Origin: Bdellovibrionia bacterium
Lineage (GTDB): Bacteria; Bdellovibrionota; UBA1018
Assembly: GCA_045805065.1 (NCBI GenBank)
Contig: JBJMMA010000028.1
Location: forward strand, 1-10,164
DNA length: 10,164 bases
Direction: 5' to 3'
A program made the translations under genes and the position numbers. Below, piece after piece: positions 1-6,935 of the stretch. Numbering within the stretch: position 1 is the stretch's first letter; every line of letters starts with the position of its first letter. Under the pieces are notes generated by a model. It searched no databases and was not told where the DNA came from. It saw only the letters and a list, made by a program, of their open reading frames with translations.

Positions 1-317
1 AATGAAACGGTGGTCGAAATGCGGACCAGGCCCTGCTCGCCGCTTTGAAGTTCGCGAAGCTTTTTGCCAGCTTCTTCTGACAGAGCGAAGATCCGGCGCG
101 TGTATTCGAGAAGGGCCACGCCTTCATCGGTGAGTCGAACACTGCGGGTGCTCCGCTTGAAGAGGTCCACTCCCAGATGGGCCTCAAGTCTTTGGACCTG
201 TTTGCTGAGAAGCGCTTTGGAGGTCGCAAGCGAGTTTGCGGCCGCGGTAAAGCCTCCCTCAATGGCTACGGAATGAAATGCAAGCAGATCCTCAATTCTG
301 CGGCTGATTGTTTCCAT
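1..317 (-). CDS. LysR-family transcriptional regulator, N-terminal part (3' end outside window)
   Basis: Manual translation from ATG at 317: METISRRIEDLLAFHSVAIEGGFTAAANSLATSKALLSKQVQRLEAHLGVDLFKRSTRSVRLTDEGVALLEY... This matches the LysR HTH pattern (F..AA..L..S...S.QV..LE..LG..LF.R.TR.V.LT..G). The frame is open to position 1, and the gene is divergent from an SDR. Confidence 0.96.
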   Translation of the reverse strand, partial: METISRRIEDLLAFHSVAIEGGFTAAANSLATSKALLSKQVQRLEAHLGVDLFKRSTRSVRLTDEGVALLEYTRRIFALSEEAGKKLRELQSGEQGLVRISTTVS

Positions 318-328
318 ATGTTGACAAT
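307..328. promoter_or_regulatory. Putative LysR binding site (interrupted inverted repeat)
   Basis: ATTGT(307-311)-N12-ACAAT(324-328) contains T-N11-A (T312..A324). It overlaps the LysR start codon in the divergent control region, a typical autoregulatory position. Confidence 0.5.
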
Positions 329-402
329 ATGTCTCGTATTGTAGCTTTTTGCAAGTCGCCGCTCGGTGTAGATTGGGAGTCAGAAAGAGAGAATCCTATT
401 TT

Positions 403-1005
403 ATGAAAGTCATTTTATTTGGTGCAACTGGAGCGATCGGAACCCAAGTTCAAAAGGCGCTTGAGACTTCGGGACACGAGGTCATCGGCGTTGGGCGCAA
501 AACCGGCAGATATCAGGCTGACATGGGCGATCGTGAGAGCCTGCGCAAGCTCTACCAGACGATTGGATCCTTTGATGCCGTAGTCAGTGCCGCGGGCGAA
601 GTGGCATTTGCGCCGCTCGAGAGACTGGGCGCCGAGGAGTGGAAGCGGTCTCTGGAAGGCAAGTTTCTGGGTCAGGTGCAGCTGGTTCAGGAGGCGATTC
701 CTTACATTCGCGAAAAAGGGTCCTTTACTCTCGTGTCAGGCATTCTGGCGGATGAGCCTATAGTCGCGGGAGCGGCGGCCACAGCGGTTAATCGCGCCAT
801 CGAAGGATTTGCTCTGGCTGCTGCGATTGAGCTTCCTAAGGGGTTGAGAATTAACGTTGTCAGTCCAACCGTTCTTGAAGAGTCCATGAAGACGTATGGT
901 CCCTTTTTTCCCGGTTTTATTCCCGTGCCTGGCGCTAAGGTGGCACAAGCTTTCTTGAAGTCGATCCTGGGTGCTCAGACGGGGGAGGTTTATCGGGTAT
1001 TCTGA
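403..1005 (+). CDS. Short-chain dehydrogenase/reductase (PRK07578/Lin1944-like subgroup), 200 aa
   Basis: ATG403 begins MKVILFGATGAIG (Rossmann motif). DAVVSAAG, GSFTLVSG, RINVVSP and C-terminal FFPGF..GAQTGEVY fit this subgroup. ATG403 is preferred to TTG349 because the Rossmann beta-1 strand starts there, behind a purine-rich tract. Confidence 0.93.
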   Translation: MKVILFGATGAIGTQVQKALETSGHEVIGVGRKTGRYQADMGDRESLRKLYQTIGSFDAVVSAAGEVAFAPLERLGAEEWKRSLEGKFLGQVQLVQEAIPYIREKGSFTLVSGILADEPIVAGAAATAVNRAIEGFALAAAIELPKGLRINVVSPTVLEESMKTYGPFFPGFIPVPGAKVAQAFLKSILGAQTGEVYRVF

Positions 1006-1090
1006 GTGTTTTTATTTCAATTGTTGATAAATACGTTGAGTTTCAGGCCCGCTTGTTTTAGCTCTACGCTGCAAATCGCACGGGAGTGGT

Positions 1091-1756
1091 ATGAAAAAAG
1101 TCAGCTTGAATCGTATGCATCAGGTGGTCAGCTTTCTGATCGTATTCGTTTCCCTTCAGTTCTTAGGAAGTTCAGCGTTCGCCGATTCGTACTTCCATAA
1201 CAATCGATTGGACGCCACGGTTCCTGCGAACTGCAGGGAAATGGAAATTCGCAATTTCTATACACTCTCTCGTTTCATGATTTACGGAATTCAGGGCGCT
1301 CGCGCTGCCGGATTCACTCACGAGTATCCGATCACCCGCCGAGATGCCGAGAGTCTTTGGGGAACTTTGAAATCAGAGAGCCTTCATGGCACCCCTAAGT
1401 TAACTGGTAATACGGCAACTCTTTACGCCTACGGGCGCCAGATGGGATTCGACTTTGTGAATGAAGGAGAAGTGCTGGAGCTTCTGGCAATTCTTCAGCT
1501 CAAACAAGAGTATCCGGACCGTGAGTACTTTCTGACTGGAAGCGTGGCATACGGCGAGGCCGGCGTTCCAAATATGGGCGAGCTCGATATCGTCGTCGCC
1601 AGACGCTCAGACTGCGGCGTTGTCGCTGTAGGCGAGGCAAAGCTTGGCGTGAATCAAAGACCGCACGCAGCTCAGCAGCTCCGTCGTTTCATGCAGTTCC
1701 TTCAGCACAAGCTCTGTCTGCGCGGCGAAAAAGCTCCAGTCTGCACCTTGCGATAA
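1091..1756 (+). CDS. Secreted hypothetical protein with PD-(D/E)XK nuclease-like motif, 221 aa
   Basis: GGGAG RBS. Basic N-region, hydrophobic core and AFA|DS signal peptidase I site. The C-terminal half has EGEVLE (helix), GELDIVV, VGEAK and AAQQLRRF. Confidence 0.7.
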   Translation: MKKVSLNRMHQVVSFLIVFVSLQFLGSSAFADSYFHNNRLDATVPANCREMEIRNFYTLSRFMIYGIQGARAAGFTHEYPITRRDAESLWGTLKSESLHGTPKLTGNTATLYAYGRQMGFDFVNEGEVLELLAILQLKQEYPDREYFLTGSVAYGEAGVPNMGELDIVVARRSDCGVVAVGEAKLGVNQRPHAAQQLRRFMQFLQHKLCLRGEKAPVCTLR

Positions 1757-1762
1757 GTAGGC

Positions 1763-2170
1763 TTAGTCTTTTCGGGCCTGAAGTGTTTTCGCGAAGCGAT
1801 GATACGACGGCAAGATTTCCTGAAAGAAGTCAAACCGCCGAAAGGTGAGTTCACGGAACTCTTTCCCGTCGCTCACGCTGTCCATATGGGAAATGATTCG
1901 GTAAATCGGTCCGACGATCAGGTTTGAAACGAAAACGCCTGCCAGGACAAAAATTGAAAAGCCGACGCAGATCCCGAGAGCGGCCGGATAATTCCCCGAC
2001 TGACCCATTGAGCCACTGACAGCTTCCCGATAGATCGATTCTGCCCATAGAGTAAAAAGCGCTAGGCTTACGCCGTAAACGAGAAAGACGATCTGGACTT
2101 TCACGTTAATCAAAAGCTTACGTCTTTTGTAAGCGGGCTTGGATGGGATCAGGTTTTCGTTGTTTTCCAT
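1763..2170 (-). CDS. Small inner-membrane protein, 2 TM helices plus HAMP-like tail, 135 aa
   Basis: GAGG RBS. Basic KRRKLLIN N-terminus, hydrophobic segments IVFLVYGVSLALFTLW and AALGICVGFSIFVLAGVFV, then SNLIVGPIYRI..HM..V..G.....L.FRRFDFFQEI (HAMP-like pattern). Confidence 0.75.
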   Translation of the reverse strand: MENNENLIPSKPAYKRRKLLINVKVQIVFLVYGVSLALFTLWAESIYREAVSGSMGQSGNYPAALGICVGFSIFVLAGVFVSNLIVGPIYRIISHMDSVSDGKEFRELTFRRFDFFQEILPSYHRFAKTLQARKD

Positions 2171-2188
2171 AGGGCCTCATTTTTTTCT

Positions 2189-2223
2189 TCGCCAATTGAA
2201 AATATTTACCAGTATAATTACTG
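2189..2223 (+). promoter_or_regulatory. Possible sigma70 promoter for the pilin-like gene, -10 inside a palindrome
   Basis: TCGCCA(2189-2194)-N18-TATAAT(2213-2218). The -10 lies within CAGTA-TAAT-TACTG (2210-2223) in an AT-rich divergent intergenic region. Confidence 0.35.
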
Positions 2224-2286
2224 AAACCAGCACCATCAGATTTCACGGATTCGACGTATTTTCTTTGTTTAACGTAGTATTCAAGG

Positions 2287-3042
2287 ATGGATCGAGTGAT
2301 TGTGAACATAAAGCGCGAATTTTCGAACGTTAAACAAAATATCGATAAAACTAAAAACGTTTACGCCAATGAAAGTGGCTTTTCGATGATCGAGATCATG
2401 GTGGCATTCGGTCTCGCCGCCATCCTTCTTTTGGGCATAACGACAACCACGACGCTGACTCACAACAACACGAGCAACATGCATGGCGTTTTGTATCGCG
2501 ACGAACTTGTAAGACAGGTGCAGCAGCTCTCATCCACTCCTCAGACTCTTCAGAAGACATTGGCTTACAGTGCAAATACTTCCTTACGTGCATGCGTTCA
2601 GCCACCGGGAACGGCAGGAGCTAACCCAGGTTGTACGCATCTGACGGAGTATCCTGTCGTGCTGACGGATATTGCAGGATCTGCCGTGACGGGACCTGCT
2701 GCTATTCCGATCACTGATGAATCCCTGAGCGGTACTCCGCTTTTTTATTCCGTCATGGACGGAAGTTTGTGTCGTAATGGCGCGGTTCCCGTCACATCTC
2801 CCGATAGTCGGTGCGCCCTTGAGGTGGTGACGAGCTTTGTTCCAACCTGCACTGACGCGTCCAATTACTGTCAGGATCCTAAGAAGATCTCGATTACCTT
2901 CCAGTACCGCGTTCGGTTGGCTACGATTGCAAGCGGGCCGAAGCCTCTGGGCGGTGCGCAGCTGAAGTCCATTATCGCTCCTCCGGCTCCTTTGAGTTAC
3001 GTGAATGCGATGTCCATTCAGAGCGGGTTTTTCACTAACTGA
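2287..3042 (+). CDS. Type IV pilin-like / pseudopilin protein with prepilin cleavage-methylation motif (start may be GTG2296 or GTG2302)
   Basis: NESG|FSMIEIMVAFGLAAILLLGI gives G-1, F+1, E+5 and a hydrophobic helix (G at 2377-2379). A charged leader precedes it and a globular domain with 6 Cys follows. Confidence 0.88.
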   Translation: MDRVIVNIKREFSNVKQNIDKTKNVYANESGFSMIEIMVAFGLAAILLLGITTTTTLTHNNTSNMHGVLYRDELVRQVQQLSSTPQTLQKTLAYSANTSLRACVQPPGTAGANPGCTHLTEYPVVLTDIAGSAVTGPAAIPITDESLSGTPLFYSVMDGSLCRNGAVPVTSPDSRCALEVVTSFVPTCTDASNYCQDPKKISITFQYRVRLATIASGPKPLGGAQLKSIIAPPAPLSYVNAMSIQSGFFTN

Positions 3043-3045
3043 AAA

Positions 3046-4596
3046 TCAGTGTGTGGTTACGCCGCCCGCAACGCCCGAATAGCTTCCGAGAGTGGCGCCG
3101 TTATAAAGGTCTACGCTTCCCGTCATTGTATTGATCTGCGATATCGATCCGCCATAGGCTTTAACACTTCCAGTGACATTGGTCAGGGTGCCAACAGTCG
3201 TATTGTAAAGTGTAAGATTTCCGGTGAAGTTGGATAGATTAGCGATTGTGCCGCCATAGATCGTCAGCTGGCCAATGTTAAAGTTTGAGCCGCTATTGAG
3301 AATCGAAGCGTTTTGCAGTCCAACGAAGGATGCCGTGACGTTTGAGATATCATTCACGTTGAATCCGCAAAGCATGAACCTTCCAGAGGTAATGTTGCTA
3401 AAGGATACTGCAGTGGGTGCTGTGGCACCGCTTGTAATCCATCCGCGGTGAACTGCGATGAAGTAATCACTGGTAGCTGTGTTGGTGATGTTGGAGAACT
3501 GGGAGACCGAATCAGCGTTTGCGTACAGATAGCCCGTGACGTTGGATACATCGCTTACGGTATGCGCGACGATGTAAGTGTGCGGCGAAGTGATATTTGA
3601 GACGCAACCGATGGTTTTGGCGTTCAGACTCACGCCAGCGCATGGCGCGGTCACGTTGGAAACGGATGAGATATTACTTGCCGTAGCCCATGTGTTTCCA
3701 GTGATGTTGGAGATATCAGATATATTTTCATCTGCTGCATGCAGGTCATGCGTGATGTTGGTGTATTGCACGGCACACGTGCCCAAGGTGGGAATGGTGT
3801 CGTAAGCAATCGCGGGATTGCCAAGCGCCTTCATCGAGTTGCAGAGCTTTGAGCCAGTCGATGGATCAAAGACCGTGATGTCTCCGGCAGTTGTTGGATC
3901 AACGATAGGATTGTAAGGATCGTTTGGATCGCCAGGAGATGCGGATTGCTGGGACACTCCGGTTTGAATGGCTGAGAGTGGAACCGTAAGCAACGGCACA
4001 GACTCGATAGGTTTCAATGCAATCTTATTGGGCAAATCAATGCCAGGCTTTTGTTCCACCAGGAAGCCGATGCTCACGATTGCGGAGGGTTTGCCTTTGC
4101 AGTCAGTTGCTCCTCCGCAACTGATTGTGAACCATGTCGTTGCTTGAATCTGGCAAGTCGCCGAGCTTGAGGCATCGCAAAGGCTTCCGGTGAGGGCGTC
4201 ATAACTGACGGGATTGGCTGCTGTGCCCGAAATTTGATTTCCGCGCGTATCAAAAATCTTGAGGTCATGTTTATTGTTTCCTGAAGCATCGACTGTGTTG
4301 CATGGCGTGGTGTTGCTTGCGTCGATGCAGCCTAGCAGCTGGGAAGAAGGGTCCGTCTCTGCGGATTTTAGCAAAACTGAAGGGATGGACACGGAGGCTC
4401 TCAGTGAGTTGGCGATTGCGTCACGACTGTTCCGAACGCGATCGTTCTGAAGCATGTTGTTCATATTGCGTGAGCGCGTAGTCGAGGAATAAAGCATGGA
4501 GCCGGCTGCAACGCTCAGTCCCGCAAGAACGATGAGGGAAGTGAAGCCCGCGCTTTTGTTTTCCCCCGATAGGATTCCTTTGGAAACCTTGCTCAT
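3046..4596 (-). CDS. Pilin-like protein lacking Glu+5 (PilX/GspK-style N-terminus) with 6-Cys domain and C-terminal beta-solenoid repeats, 516 aa
   Basis: ATG4596 follows a TAAGGGG RBS and is preferred to ATG4647. The 17-aa leader ends KSAG|FTSLIVLAGLSVAAGSMLY. The next domain aligns with the 2287-3042 protein, then a Pro/Asp linker (SPGDPNDPYNP) and about 13 repeats of mostly 17-20 aa. Confidence 0.82.
   Translation of the reverse strand: MSKVSKGILSGENKSAGFTSLIVLAGLSVAAGSMLYSSTTRSRNMNNMLQNDRVRNSRDAIANSLRASVSIPSVLLKSAETDPSSQLLGCIDASNTTPCNTVDASGNNKHDLKIFDTRGNQISGTAANPVSYDALTGSLCDASSSATCQIQATTWFTISCGGATDCKGKPSAIVSIGFLVEQKPGIDLPNKIALKPIESVPLLTVPLSAIQTGVSQQSASPGDPNDPYNPIVDPTTAGDITVFDPSTGSKLCNSMKALGNPAIAYDTIPTLGTCAVQYTNITHDLHAADENISDISNITGNTWATASNISSVSNVTAPCAGVSLNAKTIGCVSNITSPHTYIVAHTVSDVSNVTGYLYANADSVSQFSNITNTATSDYFIAVHRGWITSGATAPTAVSFSNITSGRFMLCGFNVNDISNVTASFVGLQNASILNSGSNFNIGQLTIYGGTIANLSNFTGNLTLYNTTVGTLTNVTGSVKAYGGSISQINTMTGSVDLYNGATLGSYSGVAGGVTTH
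3049..3768 (-). repeat. Protein-level tandem repeat (S/T)N(I/V/F)T, period about 17-20 aa
   Basis: Anchors TNIT, SNIT, SNVT, SNIT, SNVT, SNIT, SNIT, SNVT, SNFN, SNFT, TNVT, NTMT, SGVA occur with spacings 17,17,20,18,17,32,18,19,18,17,17,18. The repeat is degenerate at DNA level. Confidence 0.85.
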
Positions 4597-4614
4597 ATTT
4601 TGCCCCTTACTTTT

Positions 4615-4643
4615 AGGATATGATGTCCGACAGAAAGCGTCAA
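4615..4643 (-). promoter_or_regulatory. Putative sigma70 promoter for the 516-aa pilin-like gene
   Basis: Minus strand TTGACG(4643-4638)-N17-TATCCT(4620-4615), just upstream of the RBS and ATG4596. It also supports the 4596 start. Confidence 0.55.
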
Positions 4644-4833
4644 GCATCGGGGTGTATGGATATGATTCAGGTTCAATGAGTTAAGCTTATAAAAGCTCAG
4701 CGCGAATTTGGTAAAGTAAAGTTATGTAATTTAATAAAGCGAGCGGCGCTCGGTACCTATTTTAGGTGAATACGCCTGAGCTCCCAAGAGATACTTGCCG
4801 CAAGGATCAATCATCGGTTATCTCTGAGGCCAC

Positions 4834-5994
4834 ATGACATCCGTTAGGGCATCGCTTAAGCGCTTCTTCTCTCCCTTTCTCTTGGCATTTACCGCGATCA
4901 TCTTGGGAGTTCTCACTTATGTCGCGCTCCGCGCATCGACATCTGTCTGGCAGTGGCTGGTGCTTTTCGGATTAGGAGCTCTTTTCTGGACGCTTCCCGC
5001 GATCCAGTGGCGATCTGAGGCTGACCTTCATTCGCGAGGCCAACTTCTTTTGCAGCAAGCGAGTTATCTCAGCATGGGTTTTCTCAGCTGGATGCTTGTG
5101 ATTACAGTGATTCGCGATTTGAGTTTGCTAGGGATCAAGCTGATTGAAGCTGTGTCTTGGGCTGCGCCTGAATCGGCGTCAAGGTTGGCTCATCAGACAT
5201 CGGGAGTCTGGATGTTTGCGGCAGCGGGACTCTGCACTCTTTGGGGAATTCTTGTAGCAAGCAAAGGCCTTCGTATTCGCGAAGTGAGAGTTCCTGTCGA
5301 GGGCCTGCCGCGTGAACTCGAAGGCTTCAAGATCGCACAGATCAGTGATCTGCATGTGGGGCCAACGATTGGGCGCGATTATGTGGAGAAAGTAGTTGGA
5401 CTTGTCAGCAAGCTTAAGCCTGATCTCACGGTTTTGACCGGAGATATCGTGGATGGCAATATCGCTAATTTTCGCGAAGCCGTGCAGCCATTCACCCGTC
5501 TCGTGCCTCAGGGTAAAGTCTACTTTGCTCCCGGAAACCATGAGTACTACTGGGACATTCATCTTTGGTTAAAAGAGCTATCCCGACTTGGGATCAAAAT
5601 TCTTCTTAACCAGGGTGAGGCTGTCGAGGCGCGTGGCGCGAAGCTCTGGGTGGGAGGTGTGACCGATCCTGCTGCAGGTCATGCTCCTTCTGTGGAGAAG
5701 GCCTCACAAGGAAGTCAGAATGCAGACTTCAAGCTCCTCCTATCGCATCGTCCTGAAATCGCAAGTGACGCGAAGAAAGCAGGCTTTGACCTTCAGCTCT
5801 CCGGACACACGCATGGAGGTCAATTTTTTCCATGGACCATCGTTGTGAAGTTCTTTCACGAATATGTAACGGGTCTCTATCAGGATGGCTCACTTCATGT
5901 TTACGTGAGTCCGGGCACTGGTACGTGGGGCCCTCCGATTCGCGTAGGTACAACTCCTGAGCTGACCTGCATTGAGTTGCTAAGGAAAGAATAA
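4834..5994 (+). CDS. Membrane-anchored metallophosphoesterase (calcineurin-like, YkuE/YaeI type), 386 aa
   Basis: All five motifs are present: QISDLH, LTGDIVD, PGNHE, LLSHRP, SGHTHGGQ, plus YVSPGTGTWGPPIR. About 4 N-terminal hydrophobic helices; GAGG RBS. Confidence 0.95.
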   Translation: MTSVRASLKRFFSPFLLAFTAIILGVLTYVALRASTSVWQWLVLFGLGALFWTLPAIQWRSEADLHSRGQLLLQQASYLSMGFLSWMLVITVIRDLSLLGIKLIEAVSWAAPESASRLAHQTSGVWMFAAAGLCTLWGILVASKGLRIREVRVPVEGLPRELEGFKIAQISDLHVGPTIGRDYVEKVVGLVSKLKPDLTVLTGDIVDGNIANFREAVQPFTRLVPQGKVYFAPGNHEYYWDIHLWLKELSRLGIKILLNQGEAVEARGAKLWVGGVTDPAAGHAPSVEKASQGSQNADFKLLLSHRPEIASDAKKAGFDLQLSGHTHGGQFFPWTIVVKFFHEYVTGLYQDGSLHVYVSPGTGTWGPPIRVGTTPELTCIELLRKE

Positions 5995-6013
5995 GGGACT
6001 ACCATCAGGAGAT

Positions 6014-6934
6014 ATGCTCCATTTTCGCTCCCAGGCGATCGGATGGGCGCTCTCATTTTTCATCTCGCTGAGTCTTCTGAGCGGAGCTTCTACTGCGGTC
6101 GCAAATGAATACGAACTTTTCTCAATAGGAACGGATGGCCTGGCTCATCCGGTGGCTGATTACGATGCGATTGTCAGCTCGTTGAAAAAGGGGGACGTGG
6201 TCAGATTCACCGACGGAAAGTCCTATCGATTGACTGCAAATCTGCACGATGGGCAAGGCTCCGTGAGTCGAATATTCTCCGTGAAGGCACCTGCCGGTGC
6301 CGCTTTACGCTTGCCACGAAAATCCAATCCTCTTTTTGTTGAGATGATCAATCGCTCAATTGACGGATCCAAGGCACTGGCTGAGGCAGGGGTTCCTGTG
6401 GTCTCCATTCAAGGGTCAAAAAGAGGAGAGTATCTTTTGGTCGATCAGATCAAACCGGGATTGATCAAGGCTGATGCGTTTTTTCGCGAGCCTGATCAAG
6501 TCAGTCGATCCGTTCGAAAAAAAATGGTGAGTCGATTGATTGAGTTTGCATCAACCACTGCGTATTTCAAGCACATTGGAGATTTTGGGCTTTCTCAAAT
6601 GGCATACGATGCTTTCAGTGATCGATGGGTGCTCCTTGACTGGACCGCGGGGCATGAGATTCCGGCTTCTCAAGCGGACTCAAAGAACTGCTTTGAGCAC
6701 GTTTTTGAACCAGTTCTGAAAAATCAAAATCCATCCCGGAAAAAGTGGATTGAATCCATCCGGGGAAAGATCGACCAGGCCATTCGCGAGGAGCGGCAGA
6801 AAATTCAGTCAGACCCCTTTCTTCTGGAGCGATTAAAACGGGTTGAAGAACAAGTAGTGAGAACTCCTCGTGCAAGTCAGGCTAGCTTCATGAATTGCAT
6901 GATTTTTAATATGTCTCACTCGATCGAGTTTTAA
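6014..6934 (+). CDS. Secreted hypothetical protein with atypical protein-kinase-like motifs, 306 aa
   Basis: AGGAG RBS; signal peptide ending AVA|NE. Motifs occur in kinase order: GQGSVSRIF, AALRLP, AGVPVV, YLLVDQI, HIGDFGLSQM, WVLLDW. Confidence 0.68.
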   Translation: MLHFRSQAIGWALSFFISLSLLSGASTAVANEYELFSIGTDGLAHPVADYDAIVSSLKKGDVVRFTDGKSYRLTANLHDGQGSVSRIFSVKAPAGAALRLPRKSNPLFVEMINRSIDGSKALAEAGVPVVSIQGSKRGEYLLVDQIKPGLIKADAFFREPDQVSRSVRKKMVSRLIEFASTTAYFKHIGDFGLSQMAYDAFSDRWVLLDWTAGHEIPASQADSKNCFEHVFEPVLKNQNPSRKKWIESIRGKIDQAIREERQKIQSDPFLLERLKRVEEQVVRTPRASQASFMNCMIFNMSHSIEF

Positions 6935-6935
6935 A

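Noticed and set aside
64..276. 70-aa + strand ORF
   Set aside because: It is the antisense shadow of the LysR HTH gene on the minus strand.
349..402. TTG-start extension of the SDR
   Set aside because: The family N-terminus begins at ATG403, and the extension covers the regulatory region.
760..800. SDR lacks the YxxxK catalytic motif (GAAATAVN), suggesting a dead enzyme
   Set aside because: As I recall, this is normal for the PRK07578/Lin1944-like subgroup. The ORF is intact.
3049..3768. CRISPR, DGR or other DNA tandem repeat
   Set aside because: The recurrent gtgatgtt/gtgacgtt words are codons of the N-I/V-T peptide repeat. There are no identical long repeats and no cas or reverse transcriptase gene.
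2287..4596. Shufflon or invertible cassette swapping pilin C-termini
   Set aside because: Similarity is at protein level only. I saw no substantial DNA inverted repeats and no recombinase in the window.
4597..4647. ATG4647 start for the long pilin-like gene
   Set aside because: ATG4596 has an RBS, and a good sigma70-like promoter lies within the extension.
5179..5953. Minus-strand ORFs of 127 and 74 aa
   Set aside because: They lie antisense within the well-supported metallophosphoesterase and show no motifs.
6517..6524. A8 tract (and T7 at 2180-2186) as phase-variation sites
   Set aside because: They are short. The A8 encodes in-frame RKKM in an intact ORF.
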